Assembly (NCBI RefSeq): GCF_009914755.1
Contig: NC_060938.1
From: the human T2T-CHM13v2.0 reference genome, Homo sapiens
DNA: 64,000 nt
Reading direction: 5' to 3' (one strand)
The notes beneath the pieces were generated by a model. That model did no database searches, was not told where the DNA came from, and saw only the letters and a program-made list of their open reading frames with translations. Numbering within the stretch: position 1 is the first letter of the stretch; each line of letters begins with the position of its first letter. This document shows positions 32,802 through 44,752 of this stretch, piece by piece. The position numbers were made by a program, and so were the translations under genes.

Positions 32802-33192
32802 GGCTGGGCATGATGGTTAACTCCTGTAATCCTAACATTTTGGGAGGCCGAGGCAGGTGGATTGCTTGAGGCCAGGAGTTCAAGACCAGCCTGGGCAACA
32901 TGGTGAAACATGCCCCAGAGTTAGGAGGCGGGGCCTTTGGGAAGTAATTAGATCATACCACAGCCCTCATGAATAGGATTAGTACCCTTATAAAAGAGGC
33001 CCTAGAGAGCTACCTTGTTGCTTCCATCATACGAGGACACAACCAGAACAAGGAAGTGGGCCCTCACTGGACATCAAGTCTACCAGCACATTGATTTTGA
33101 ATTTCTAGCATCCAGAACTGTAAGAAATACATTTCCGTCATTTATAAGCCATCCAGTCTGTTGTATTGTAACAGCCTGAACAGACTGAGACA
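32802..33192 (+). mobile_element. Alu left monomer fused to an MLT1A-like LTR 3' part
   Basis: Alu to about 32909, then ggaggcggggcctttggga...cagcctgaacagactgagaca. Confidence 0.75.
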
Positions 33193-33199
33193 GTAACAG

Positions 33200-34200
33200 A
33201 AAGGAACAAAAGTAACTGACCTGCTTCTTCATATTCATAAGCATGAAATGACAACCAAGGATCATAAGATACTTGAATAAAACTGGCAAGTTCAAAATAA
33301 ATAAATAGAATGTACGCTAAAGAAACACAGATAGTTCATGGAATAGAGATAACTTTTTAAAAGTTCAGATTAATATTCTGAAAGAAATCTAAAGTGATAA
33401 TATCTATAAAATACTAACAGGTGACTATAAAAGCAAAAAATAGTATGTTTTAAAACTATAATTCTAAAATAAAAAATCATGGGCTAGAAGAAAAAGTCAA
33501 GGAAATCCTGCAAAATGTAGAACAAGGGACAAAGCGTTGATGAGTGAGAAAAAGGTTGAAAGACAGAGGTGACCCGCTAAGAAGGGCCAGTGTCCGTCAA
33601 TAAGAATTTTAGGTTGAGAACAAAGAAGACAGAGAAGCAAATAAATAGGAATAGTGCTCCTATGGCTAAAGAAAGGTCTTACCCACTGCTAATCCATATG
33701 AATGGAAAAATACCCATATCTAACAGTATCCTGGAGGAACGTCACAATTCCAAAGACAAAAAGGAATGCCTAAAAGATTCCCAAAAGGAAAAAAGAGGGT
33801 ACTCAAAGGAATGACAACTATATTGGCATTATATTTATCAGCTCACTAGATGCTGGAAAAGAAAGGAACAATGCCTTTTGAAAATCTCTGAAGGACAATG
33901 ATTTTGAGCCCAGAGTTCTATAACCATTCAAATTAGCATTTAAATGGAGACCAATATATATATATTTTGATTTCCAAGGACTGAGGAACTTTATCACCTA
34001 CAAACCCTTCCTGAAAGAACAGCTTAAGGATGTACTACAGCAAAACGAAAAGAAATCTAAGAAAGAGGAAGATACCAGGCTGCAGGAACAGAGGAATCCA
34101 GAGAAACCCTAGAGTGTTACTCGTGCAATAGGCCCCCAAAAGAAATAATGTGAAGACACAGGATCATTGTAGTGGATAAAGTTTTATTACAGTACTAAAT
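33200..34200 (+). mobile_element. Decayed L1 ORF1/HAL1-like sequence
   Basis: A-rich strand bias; aacaatgcctt..aaa.tctgaagga.aatgatttt motif. Confidence 0.55.
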
Positions 34201-34236
34201 TTAAAAATCACAGTATATTTACTTTTCCCTCAAGAG

Positions 34237-34375
34237 GGTCTGGGCACAGTGCCTCATGCCTGTAATCCCAGTACTTTGGGAGGCTGAGACAAGAGGATGG
34301 CTTGAGCCCAGGAGTTTGAGATCAGCCTGGGTGACACAGTGAGACCTGTCTCTACAAAAAAATAAGAAAATTAGC
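34237..34375 (+). mobile_element. Alu left monomer (FLAM-like)
   Basis: Alu monomer. Confidence 0.85.
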
Positions 34376-34780
34376 CGTAGTGACAGATAATTACATCACC
34401 GTTTCTACTGGGTCCAAACACTCTATTTGACCCTGCCATGAATATTTTTTATATCATCAGCCGACTATAGAAACTTGTTCTTGGTTTTCAGTGTTAAGAA
34501 TTAACCTATAGACATTTTATGGAAGATTTAATTTGCATTAGAGAACAGTGTGCTATAAACTCTGCCAATGCCAGGGCATGTTAAGAGGTATATAAAGTAT
34601 AGGTAGAGAGGAAGACAAAGGAAAGGAGTAGGGGTGCCAAGTCCCTCACCTTACCCTGCAGAAAAGAGATACTTAGTGTGAGGTGGGGTTGGGGCTCAGG
34701 GGAGGGTGGCAGGAGAGTTTAGGAGAGGATAGGACACGTGGGTGGAAAGTGAGGTGAATGAGGGCTGGGAGGTTGCAGGG

Positions 34781-35015
34781 AGCCCTGAGTGGAAAAGGCG
34801 GGGCAGAGCAGGGGGTACTGAACTGAAGAGAGTGGAGCAGAGCAGGGGTGTGCTGGGTAGAAGGGGTGGTGCAGAGCAAGTGGTGCTAAGCAGAGGGGGT
34901 GGGGCAAAGCACGGAGTGCTGAGTGGAAAGGGCAGTACAGAGAAAGGAGTGGTGAGCGGAAGAGGCGGGGCAGAGCAGGAGGTGCTGGGCAGAAGGGGTG
35001 GGGTAGGGGGCGAGG
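34781..35015 (+). repeat. Degenerate G-rich minisatellite, about 7 units of 33-34 bp
   Basis: gcagagca-like anchor recurs at 34803, 34837, 34871, 34904, 34937, 34970 and about 35003. Confidence 0.8.
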
Positions 35016-35020
35016 GCAGA

Positions 35021-35050
35021 GCGCCCCCTCGTGGCTGGGGCGCCTGCGCA
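35021..35050. promoter_or_regulatory. Adjacent CTCF-type (35021-35034) and NRF1 (35040-35050) motifs in COX8C proximal promoter
   Basis: gcgccccctcgtgg reads CCACGAGGGGGCGC on the - strand (CTCF core, one mismatch). GCGCCTGCGCA matches the NRF1 consensus. Confidence 0.65.
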
Positions 35051-35141
35051 AACCAGCTGCCTCACGAGCACTGGAGCTTGCGTTACTTGGCCTCACCTCA
35101 CCTGTGCTGTCCACGCCTGGCTTTGTCTCACCTGACGCGAT

Positions 35142-35267
35142 ATGCCTCTCCTGCGTGGGCGCTGTCCTGCCCGCCGCCACTACCGCCGCTTGGCCCTGCT
35201 CGGCCTGCAGCCCGCTCCCCGCTTCGCCCACTCGGGGCCCCCGCGCCAGCGGCCCCTGTCTGCCGCG
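35142..35267 (+). CDS. COX8C: Cytochrome c oxidase subunit 8C, coding exon 1 ([42 protein letters not shown])
   Basis: ATG at 35142, 42 codons ending at the phase-0 donor GCG|GTGAGT (35268). Arg-rich, acid-free N-terminus resembles a mitochondrial presequence. Spliced protein matches remembered human COX8C. Confidence 0.96.
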
Positions 35268-35370
35268 GTGAGTTGAGGCCCAGCCATCATGGCGGGCGGG
35301 AAGCGCGTGGCCCTGGCGGGGCGCCCCGACGGGTGGGGAGAAGGGAGGACACGGCGTGCAGGCCTCGCGT

Positions 35371-35455
35371 GGGAGGCTCTTGTGGCTTGGTCGCCGTTGG
35401 GGGAGGTTCCTGTGGCTTGGTCGCCTTTGGGGGAGGTTCCTGGGAGAGGGTCGCG
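35371..35455 (+). repeat. 30-bp tandem repeat, about 2.8 copies, in COX8C intron
   Basis: gggagg(c/t)t(ct/cc)tgtggcttggtcgcc(g/t)ttgg units start at 35371, 35401 and 35431. Confidence 0.85.
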
Positions 35456-35899
35456 GTGAGGATGCTGTCGTCGGGCACAGGGGCGGAAAGCCCGGGACCC
35501 TGAGGAACGCGCGGGGATTGGGCCTCCTTCGTTGTTACCCTTTACCGGCACCTGGCTCGGGGGCGGGGCTGTGGTTTCGCGGAGGAATGATTTACCATCC
35601 TCGGACGTCCTCGGCACTGCGAAGATCTAGCGTTTTCGATAAAATGGTGGAAATCCTGGGCCACATCGAAGTTCCAGAGTGCGAAGGTTGGAACCGGAGA
35701 CCCGTTAGATGAAAAATGAATTAAAAAAAAAATCAGGTGATCCATGAATCGATTTTCAGCATTTTAGATTTCACTAGGCCCCTGTTTCTAGGACAACGGT
35801 CTAGGTGCTCAAAATGTTTTTTTTAAGCACTTTTTGTTAGGCAGCAAGTCACTGGCCTAGGAAGCCATACTCAGCAGCGCGTGTCATCTTCTCTTCCAG

Positions 35900-35992
35900 G
35901 AAATGGCTGTTGGACTTGTGGTGTTTTTTACGACCTTCTTAACACCAGCTGCATATGTGCTAGGCAACCTGAAGCAGTTCAGAAGGAATTAG
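35900..35992 (+). CDS. COX8C: Cytochrome c oxidase subunit 8C, coding exon 2 ([30 protein letters not shown])
   Basis: Acceptor tcttctcttccag|G at 35899/35900, in frame with exon 1. Single hydrophobic TM segment typical of COX VIII. TAG at 35990-35992; total 72 aa. Confidence 0.96.
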
Positions 35993-36195
35993 ATGGAAGA
36001 TGATGTTGAACAGCTGTTAACGTCCAAAAAACTTTCAGAAAAAGCTGTGTTTTTGTTAACGAGCAAAATTGCCTAGTTGAGTTGATGCAACCATTGTGGT
36101 ATTCACTTTCCTCATGTTTATGATGAATATTTTGCACTTTTTTAGTACTGTGCATTATATAGATGTATAGTCAAAAATGTTCTGCTTAAGTGTTA

Positions 36196-36201
36196 AATAA
36201 A
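36196..36201 (+). terminator. COX8C: COX8C polyadenylation signal
   Basis: AATAAA about 200 nt after the stop codon, followed by GT/T-rich sequence near 36215-36240. Confidence 0.75.
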
Positions 36202-36801
36202 ACGGAAACACTTATTCGTGCTTGGTAATATGTGTGCAGATTATTTTCTAAACATCGTGAAAGCTGATGAAAATTTACCGAGAACTGCTGTGAAAGGTCT
36301 GACTTAGTGACTCAGGGAGTGACATTAAGTGTTACTATATGGGAGTGAATGTATCTAGTGACATCACCCTTAAAAGATTAGATGTGTAGCTGTGAGGTAA
36401 TATAAGTTTAGCTAAATGGTTTTTATGTTCTATTAGTACTGCCATGCCACACTTCACAATTTGCTGTGAGAAGTACAACCATTTCTTTTCTTTGCCTCTT
36501 TAAATGACTACACGTCAGAATGTGAAGAATGAGTACATCTCCTATTTTAATGATTTTATTATCTTCTCTTAGTCTTCTGTGAGGTTTGAAGAATCATACA
36601 CATCTTTGAACTGTCTTAGCTGTTGATGATGCTGTTATCATGGGCAACATAGTTCAACTCTGAGTCTTGGTTTCCTTATCTCTGTAATGGGGACTTAAAA
36701 TTGCTGTCTTGAAGTGATGTTGTGGAAATAAAACATTGAACAAAGAAAGATAAAGTACCTCTCAACATAGTACCTGAAACAATAGTCAATAAATAGAAGT
36801 T

Positions 36802-37119
36802 GGGCAACCCGCTGGGGTCCCCTTCCGCACTGTGGAAGCTTTGTTCTTTCGCTCTTCGCAATAAATCTTGCTGCTGCTCACTATTTGGGTCCGTGCCGCC
36901 TTTAAGAGCTGTAACACTCATGGCAAGGTCTGCAGCTTCACTCCTGAAGCCAGCGACACCACGAACCCACCAGAAGGAAGAAACTCCGGACACATTTGAA
37001 CATCTGAAGGAACAAACTCCGGACACACACCATCTTTAACAACTGTAACACTCACCGTGAAGGTCTGCAGCTTCATTCTTGAAGTCAGCGAGACCAAGAA
37101 CCCACCAATTCCGGACACA
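36802..37119 (+). mobile_element. LTR12 (HERV9) R-U5 portion only
   Basis: ggcaacccgct.gggtcccc...gctgtaacactca...gaacccaccaattccggacaca. Confidence 0.9.
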
Positions 37120-37147
37120 ATAAGTGATTAACAGCAGATATACCAAT

Positions 37148-37597
37148 TGTGAGAAACACATATTCACCTGGCCAAACCCTTGGAGACATGAAGAACAGCA
37201 GAAGCGAGACTTTTAATGGCAGACTTGCAAGACTGGCCGTCTGGTAGGCAGGCACACCTGGGGCAGTTACAGCAGGTAATTTATCCCCTAACATGTAATA
37301 AGTCCCTCCCCGAGTTCCTCACTAGTCAAGTACTATGGGGTTACAATCTTCCTGGATGTTGCCTAAGTTTCATTATCCCCCTATAAGGTTATACCCCAGT
37401 CCCCTTCCCCACTTAAGTTTTGATTTCCCAATAACAAAACTTTCTTCCCTTTTATGGGCTGATCTCTCCTCTACATTCTGTTTGCTTATTGACCTTCTAG
37501 GTGCGTGAGCTGTGTGGTTTGTTACATCCACAGGTTGGCTGCACGTACTTAGATTTATCATGCCTTGAAAGTGGACTGTTTAAAGTGTTTTCTCACA
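37148..37597 (-). mobile_element. 450-bp solo LTR (family unassigned)
   Basis: Inverted termini tgtgagaaa...tttctcaca and exact 5-bp TSD CCAAT (37143-37147 and 37598-37602). Confidence 0.8.
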
Positions 37598-37602
37598 CCA
37601 AT

Positions 37603-39293
37603 TATTTTATATCTACCTTCGCTAAATATTTCAGGTTCAATAAAAACAGCTGAGGCTTCTGAATTATTGGCAAAATGTCCTTGTGGTTAAGGTTCTTACT
37701 CAGGTGAACCTGATGTTCACAGGCTTTATAAATGATTAACAGAAATAATTTTAAATGACAACTAGTTTTGTCTAATATCTTGATTTTTCAGAAGTAATCT
37801 AGATAAACTGTTAAAAATAAAAAAAATTAAGTGCATAAAAATAGGATAAATGCTTCCAGGTAAACTTTTTGTGTAATTTTAAAATCGTAAAATTATTTTG
37901 GATGCTTGTTGAATATTTGGGTCATTTCTAACTAAGAAAGGGTTATAATATGGGAAAATGTATTTCTAAAATTGTAGAGTGGTTTCGTCTATAAAATGTT
38001 CACATCTGATAGTTCAGGATTTCTTGCTTCCTAGGTTTTCACTAAAATTTAAGGTTACTAAGAATAAGAATTCTAGTTAATATATAATTCTTATATAATT
38101 CTATAAGTTGTGTTCTTGAGAAAAAATAATTTGGTATAATTTAGAAGTTATTCAAAAGTTAAAAAAGGTAAAAAGAAAATAGGAAGTAAAAGAGATGTGA
38201 GAAAAGTTATGAATGTGAATATATTTTTGGTAAGTAAGATTGTTTAAAAATAATAATTTTATCTAAAGATCTTGTGTGGTAAATTTTTGTCTTAAAGTAA
38301 AATAACTGGTTATTTTTAAAAAGAACTGTAATGTAAGACAAGTAAGAAAGTAAAAAATGTTATAAATGGGCTGTGTAAGTGGTTATAAGGTATAAGAAAC
38401 AGAATTTATAAAAGGAACGTTGTAAGTAATTAAGTTGGTTATAATTAAAAAGGAAACCATTATAATAGTCTTTCTAAAGGTTAGCCCCTTACATTAAAAC
38501 AAGGGTTACTTAAGGTATTGCTTTGCTTTTAGGGAAATTACAAGAGGTTTTGATTTTTAATTATATAACCAATTTCTTTTAAAAACTTCTTAGATTCGTA
38601 TCTCAGAGGTTCAACATTTGTTGTGTCTTGTTGCTTTCAGCTTTTCCTCCCCTTGAGAAGGCTTGAGATGACAACTCTCTTCCTCAGTTTTTTCATCACA
38701 CCTGAAATTTTTTGCCTCTAGTTCCAGCTGTTGTTGTGGCCTAATACTAAAATGTTTTATCTTCAAAGTCTAAAAAAGCAATGTTTACCTCCAGTATAAC
38801 TTTATCTGTACTCTTGATTTTTCTTGATAAGTCTAAATTTTTCAATGTAATCAGGAATTTCTCATGCTATTACTAAGAGTCATGTATTCTCCTGCTATAC
38901 TCATAACCTTGAACAGACTCTGTGTCTGATTAAATTCATGTACTCTTTTTCAACAGGTTTGACTTTTGGGTTATCTTTAGATAAAGCCCATTTATGGGCT
39001 TCCCATAAAGAGAAGCAATTACACTGCAGGAAGTTTTCTTTGCCTTTTTGGTACTTGGCTTAAAAAAACGAAGATTTTACATTTTATTAATAGCAAAATA
39101 ATTTCTATATTATATTCGTAGGTTTTTGATTCTTTAGGAAAACTAAAATTTAAAAGGGCTAAGGTATTTATATTCATATAACTTTGTGTATTGCTTTTAA
39201 AGTCTTTTAATTATCAATCTTTGGTTAAATGAACACATTTTTTGTTTTGGTGAAATGTTTTGAACCTTTTAACATCTTTAATAAATATTCTTG
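37603..39293 (+). mobile_element. AT-rich ERV1 (MER4-group) internal sequence
   Basis: Resembles MER4-group int consensus (aggttttcactaaaatttaaggttactaagaataa...). Confidence 0.6.
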
Positions 39294-39509
39294 AAATAAA
39301 AAATAAATAAATAGAAGTTATTGTTTGAGGATATACAAGTTTGCTAATATTCATTCATTCAACAAATACTGAATTCCTGTGATGTGCCAGGTGTTATGTG
39401 AGGTCAGTATACCCCAAATAGACTCCTTCCTTGTTTAGCTTACAGGTCTTAGAGGGCTAATGTTTTGTTACTTTAGTATTTTTACATTTCTATCTCAAAA
39501 TTTATATTG

Positions 39510-39925
39510 ATGTATTAGTTGATGTTCTCCATAGAAACAGAAAAAATAGGATGTGTATATATACACATTTATATATGGAGAGAGAGAGAGATTGGTTTAT
39601 TTTAAGGAATTGGCTCGTGGTTGTGGAAGCTGGCAGGTCAAAAATCTGCAGGATAGGCTGGCAGGCAGGAAGACATAGGAAGGAGTTGGAGTTCCAGTCT
39701 GAGGACAGTCTTCTGTCAGAATTCCCTTTTTGCTAAGGCCAGTCTTTAAAGCCTCCGACTGATTGGATGAGGTCCACCTACACTTTGAAGGACTATCTTC
39801 TTTATTCAAGGCCTACCGATTTAAATGTTAATCTCTTACAGTCTTCACAGAAACACCTAAATGGTATTTGACCAGATACCTGGGAACTGTGGCCTAGCCA
39901 AGTTGACACAAAATTAACCATCACA
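39510..39925 (-). mobile_element. MLT2 (ERVL) solo LTR
   Basis: tgtattagtt..ttctcca.agaaacaga ... gttgacacaaaattaaccatcaca. Confidence 0.8.
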
Positions 39926-40463
39926 ATTGGATAAAATTATTTTTCGGAGTGAGAGAGCATGAAAAAGGTTGGTGATACCCTGAAATGTAAAGGTGTGAGC
40001 ACAGTGGCTAATCAAAATATTAGCAGTTTCTTAAGATCTATCTTCGCTGTTCACTGGTTGCAAACCTGCTCCTAGGCCCTTTACGTGAACTCCCATCGGG
40101 ACACAGGCTCAATCTTCTGATTTCTTGTATTCAGTGAGACCTTACTTTTGCTGCCAATTTTGAACTTACTTTTTCCTTCTCTAACTTTGGCGGCTTTGTA
40201 TTTCAGCTTCTGATGCCTACCTTCATGTGCTCCAAATTATGGCAAAAGACAGCTTTACCCTCCTAGCTGGGGAAGAATATTGAACTATAGGAATCTTTTC
40301 CATAGAACTTTAGCACTTAGTGTTTTGAACCGTTTGACACTCAAGTTATTGAGTACTCTCATGCAATAATACTGTATGTTGGGAAATGGTACCTTATTTT
40401 GATGAATGAACTCTGTTGCCCTGTCTCATTAATTTTACACTCATAAAGGTGTCACATTCAAGG

Positions 40464-40805
40464 TACAGTTTGTTCTTGTTTGGGGTAGTTTTGTTCTATA
40501 AAGGCACTGTGAACACTGAATTAATGAATACTGAACTCCTAGGGGAAATTCAGGGTTAAGTTCCTGTGAGCCTCTGGTCATAACATTTTTGTCAGCCTCT
40601 CAGTCTATAACTTATTTTATGTCTGTTTCTTTTTAAAAACACCTTATTTAATATACAGATGCTCTTGGACTTAACAATGGGGTTACCTCCTGATAAACCC
40701 ATTGTAAATTGAAAGTATTGTAAGTACTGTAAGTTGAAAATGCATTTAATCCACCTAACCTGAATATCATAGCCTACCTTAAACGTGCTCAGAACACTTA
40801 TAAAT
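40464..40805. mobile_element. Tigger-family fragments (MER82-like followed by MER47-like)
   Basis: gaatactgaa..ctcctaggggaaat.cagggtta and TA|cagatgctc.tggactta..atggggttac motifs. Confidence 0.6.
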
Positions 40806-41081
40806 CAAGTGCTGTTTTAAATGGAACCTATTTATAGTTTATGCACATATGCACAAACATAGACATACAATATGATACTTTGGTAGGTTCAACAGTTGGG
40901 GGAATCACATCTCTAATGTCATATGTGATGTCAGCCTTCAATCAGCTGAGCTTCCTTATTCCACTGTTCCCACCACACCTTGACTTGACATCACTGAGAT
41001 TTCTACTTCTTTCTTCTCCACAGGACCCTGCTATTTTTCCTTTTACTTATCGAACCTTATCTTTTTGTAGTATGTGGAACT

Positions 41082-41250
41082 ATTTTATTTTTTATTTTTA
41101 TTTTTTGAGACAGTATCTCACTGTGTCGCCCAGGCTGGAGTGCAGTGGCACAGTCACAGCTCACTGAAGCCTTGAATTCCTGGGCTCAAGTGATTTTCCC
41201 ACCTTGACTTCCCAAAGCTTTGGATTATAGGCATGAGCCACTGTGCCCAG
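41082..41250 (-). mobile_element. Alu monomer-length fragment
   Basis: Reverse Alu with internal deletion. Confidence 0.85.
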
Positions 41251-41703
41251 CATATTCAGCATATTCAAACTCTGTTTGAAATCACCTTTGCCATAGTATC
41301 ACACACTGTGGTTTGGCTGCATCTTATTTTCCTGCTATGAGTTTGATAGTTCTTTCTTAGTCTTAGCCTCTCTTTTTTTCTGTTGTAAAATTTATTCTTT
41401 CTTTGTATTCTCATTCCTTGAGTAACTTCAGTTACCATATACTTGTTTACTCCCATATCAATCACCCTGTCCCATATCGTTCTCCTGAAATCCAGATAAT
41501 TTTGTGTATTTGCTTAACATTTCCTCTTGAATATTGTGTAGACACTTCAGATTTAAAAATCCAAACCTGAAACCTTTCTCTCCTCAAACTTGCTCTTCTT
41601 CCTGTGCATTGAGTGATTCGTTCAATATTTGATCACGTTTGGACACTTACTGTACACCACTGTACACTGTGCTAGGAACTGGATATTTACTGAAGAACCA
41701 AAA

Positions 41704-41834
41704 AGAAAAAGTCAGTGCCCTAACTTGCTCTAGAGGAGGAGATAGACAAACATGTAACCTTAAATACAAAGACACAGTCAGTGCCCTAACTTGCCCTAGA
41801 AGAGGAGATAGACAAACATGTAACCTTAAATACA
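41704..41834 (+). repeat. 66-bp tandem duplication (2 copies)
   Basis: gtcagtgccctaacttgc...taaccttaaataca at 41711 and 41777, with 2 mismatches in the core. Confidence 0.92.
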
Positions 41835-42176
41835 TAATCAAAAATAGGGTATGGAAAATAGCCATGGGACCTAACTTAAACTGGGGGAGGAGGGAGTCAC
41901 AGAAGTTATGTTTGCTAACATGTTATTTAAGTTGACCTGAACGATAAATAGATGAAGAATGGGGGAAAAAAACTAAAATTTTAGGCAGAAAGAACATCAT
42001 ATATGACACCCTGAGGGGGCCAATATCTTTAACATTTTGTAGAATTGAAGAAAGCTATGTTAACTTTAAGGGTTTTGAGTGAGAAGGAATGTGATATGAG
42101 AAGATGATGATGGGCAGGTGAGAGCCAAATCCTTACAGGCTGTGTTTTATGGACATTTAAAGTTTTATTGTAAGTA

Positions 42177-42720
42177 CAAGTTGAATACCTCTAATTTGAA
42201 AATCTGAAATCCAAAATGCTCCAAGATCTGAAACTTAGGAGTGCTGACATGATGCTCAAAGGAAATGCTCATTGGAGCATTTCAGATTTTGGATTTTTAG
42301 CTTGGGATGCTCAAGTGGTAAGTATAATGCACATATTTCAATATCCAAGAAAATTCAAAATCTGAAACACTTCTGGTCCCCAGCATTTTTTTCTTTTTTT
42401 GAGACAGGGTCTTACTCTGTCACCCAGGCTGGAATGTAGTGGTGCTATCGTGGCTTACTGTACCCTTGACATCCTGGTCTCAAGTGATCCTCCCACCTCA
42501 GTCCCTTGAGTAGCTGGGACCACAGGCATGCGCCACCATGCCCAACAAATTAAAAAACTTTTTTTTTGTAGGGACGGGGTCTTGCTATGTTGCCCAGACT
42601 GGTCTTGATCTCCTGGGCTCAAGTAATCCTCCTGCCTTGATCTCCCAAAGTGCTGGGATTACAGGCATGAGATACTGCACCCAGCCCTAAGCATTTTGAA
42701 TAAGAGATATTCAGTCTATA
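42177..42720. mobile_element. Tigger4/MER46 element interrupted by AluJ (42386-42686, -)
   Basis: aaaatctgaaatccaaaatgctcca ... tggagcatttcagattttggattttt internal palindrome. Confidence 0.8.
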
Positions 42721-42917
42721 CAGGAAAAGGGTTTTGAACAGGAAAGGGTTAGGATCTGGTTTTGGTAAGACAACCCAAGTACTTTATGAAAGTAAATATA
42801 ATGAGAAGTAGATCATGTTTGGCTTGAATCTCAAAAGTAAGCTAGTATGGTCATTTCAGCCACCAGAGATAGACATGGAAGCCATCTTTGTCTTTAGTGT
42901 AGCTCTAATTTTACAGC

Positions 42918-43514
<597 letters not shown>

Positions 43515-43913
43515 TAATTTTACAGTCTTAATAATTTTACATTTTTAACTTCTCTTACATTGACCACCTCTTTCCATCCAGGTTCAGCTTCATCTCTTAA
43601 CAACTCTTAACTGTCTTCCTAACTATGCTCTTGTTATAGTCAACTACTCATATTTTCATGCCCCTATCCTATCAATGCACCAGTTTTTCAGATTGCCTGC
43701 AGCCTTTACATAGGTAGCTACTGTCTCTAGAATGCTTTTCTCCTTCTTCTCCAATTTGTACTTTGGCTTGGATAATTTTTACTCCTATTGCTCTCTCAGC
43801 TCTCAGATTAAATGTGTCCTTTGGATAACCTGCCCATCTCCTGTGTTCCCATGACATCCGTAGCTTACTCTTATTACAAGTGTAGTCTCTTCAGGAATCT
43901 ATTACTAGTGTAC

Positions 43914-44214
43914 TTTTTTTTTTTTTTTTTTTTGAGGCAGAGTCTTGTTGTGTTGCCCAGGCTGGAGTGCAGTGATGCGATTTAGGCTCACTGCAACCTC
44001 CGCCTCCCGGGTTCAAGCAATTCTCCTGCCTTAGCCTCCCAAGTAGCTGGGATTACAGGCACCTGCCACCACGCCTGGCTAATTGTTGTATTTTTAGTAG
44101 AGACAGAGTTTCGTTGGCCAGGCTGGTCTCAAACTCCTGACCTCAGGTGATCCACCGGCCTTGGCCTCCCAAAGTGCTGGGATTACAGTACAGGCATGAG
44201 CCACTGTTCCCAGC
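43914..44214 (-). mobile_element. AluS
   Basis: Reverse Alu consensus. Confidence 0.92.
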
Positions 44215-44752
44215 CACTTCTATTTCACTCTTGTAGGCTGCAGCCCTTTGAGGTCTTAACCCAAATTGATGTGGGTTCACCCAATCACCTGATTCCTCTC
44301 CCAACACAGATCCCTTTGTACTCTGGGCTCCAATCTCTGTTTCCTCACCCACGAGAGACTGTCAAAAGCACTTCTCAGGCACTTCTTCCAGAATTGCCGA
44401 ATGCAGGGCTCTCTTGATCTCTGTATTTCACCAGTGTCTGGCCTGGTAGGTCTTCAGAGTTTTGCAGTTCTTCAGTACCTTCAAGGAGATGTTTGTGTAT
44501 TTTGTTCTACTTGTCTAGTAGATGAGCAGAAATAACTGGCTTTACTGACCCATTCTGCCATTACCAGAAGTGCAAATCCACTATATGATCTGATTTTTCA
44601 GGTTTTGAAATATTTAAAAAATTTTTTTGCCACATCTGGCCTAGTAATCTGTTTTTAAAGCTATGGTTAAAGCAAATGAATAGCTCTCTTTATATAAGGT
44701 GAATGGAGAATTTGAAATAATCTAAACTCAGGTTAAAAATTTTTTCCCTAGC

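Larger units (their letters stand above)
35000..35720. promoter_or_regulatory. COX8C: Small CpG island over COX8C promoter, exon 1 and intron start
   Basis: GC- and CpG-rich block within AT-rich flanks. Confidence 0.85.
36802..39305 (+). pseudogene. Processed retrocopy of an LTR12-initiated non-coding transcript
   Basis: 14-bp TSD aataaatagaagtt (36788-36801 and 39306-39319). Starts at the LTR12 R region. AATAAA at 39280 followed by an A-rich tail. Interrupts the 3' end of a MIR. Confidence 0.75.

Noticed and set aside
34719-35712. 253, 170 and 145 aa ORFs over the COX8C island
   Set aside because: Produced by GC richness and the 33-bp and 30-bp repeats. The real CDS is in a different frame and is spliced.
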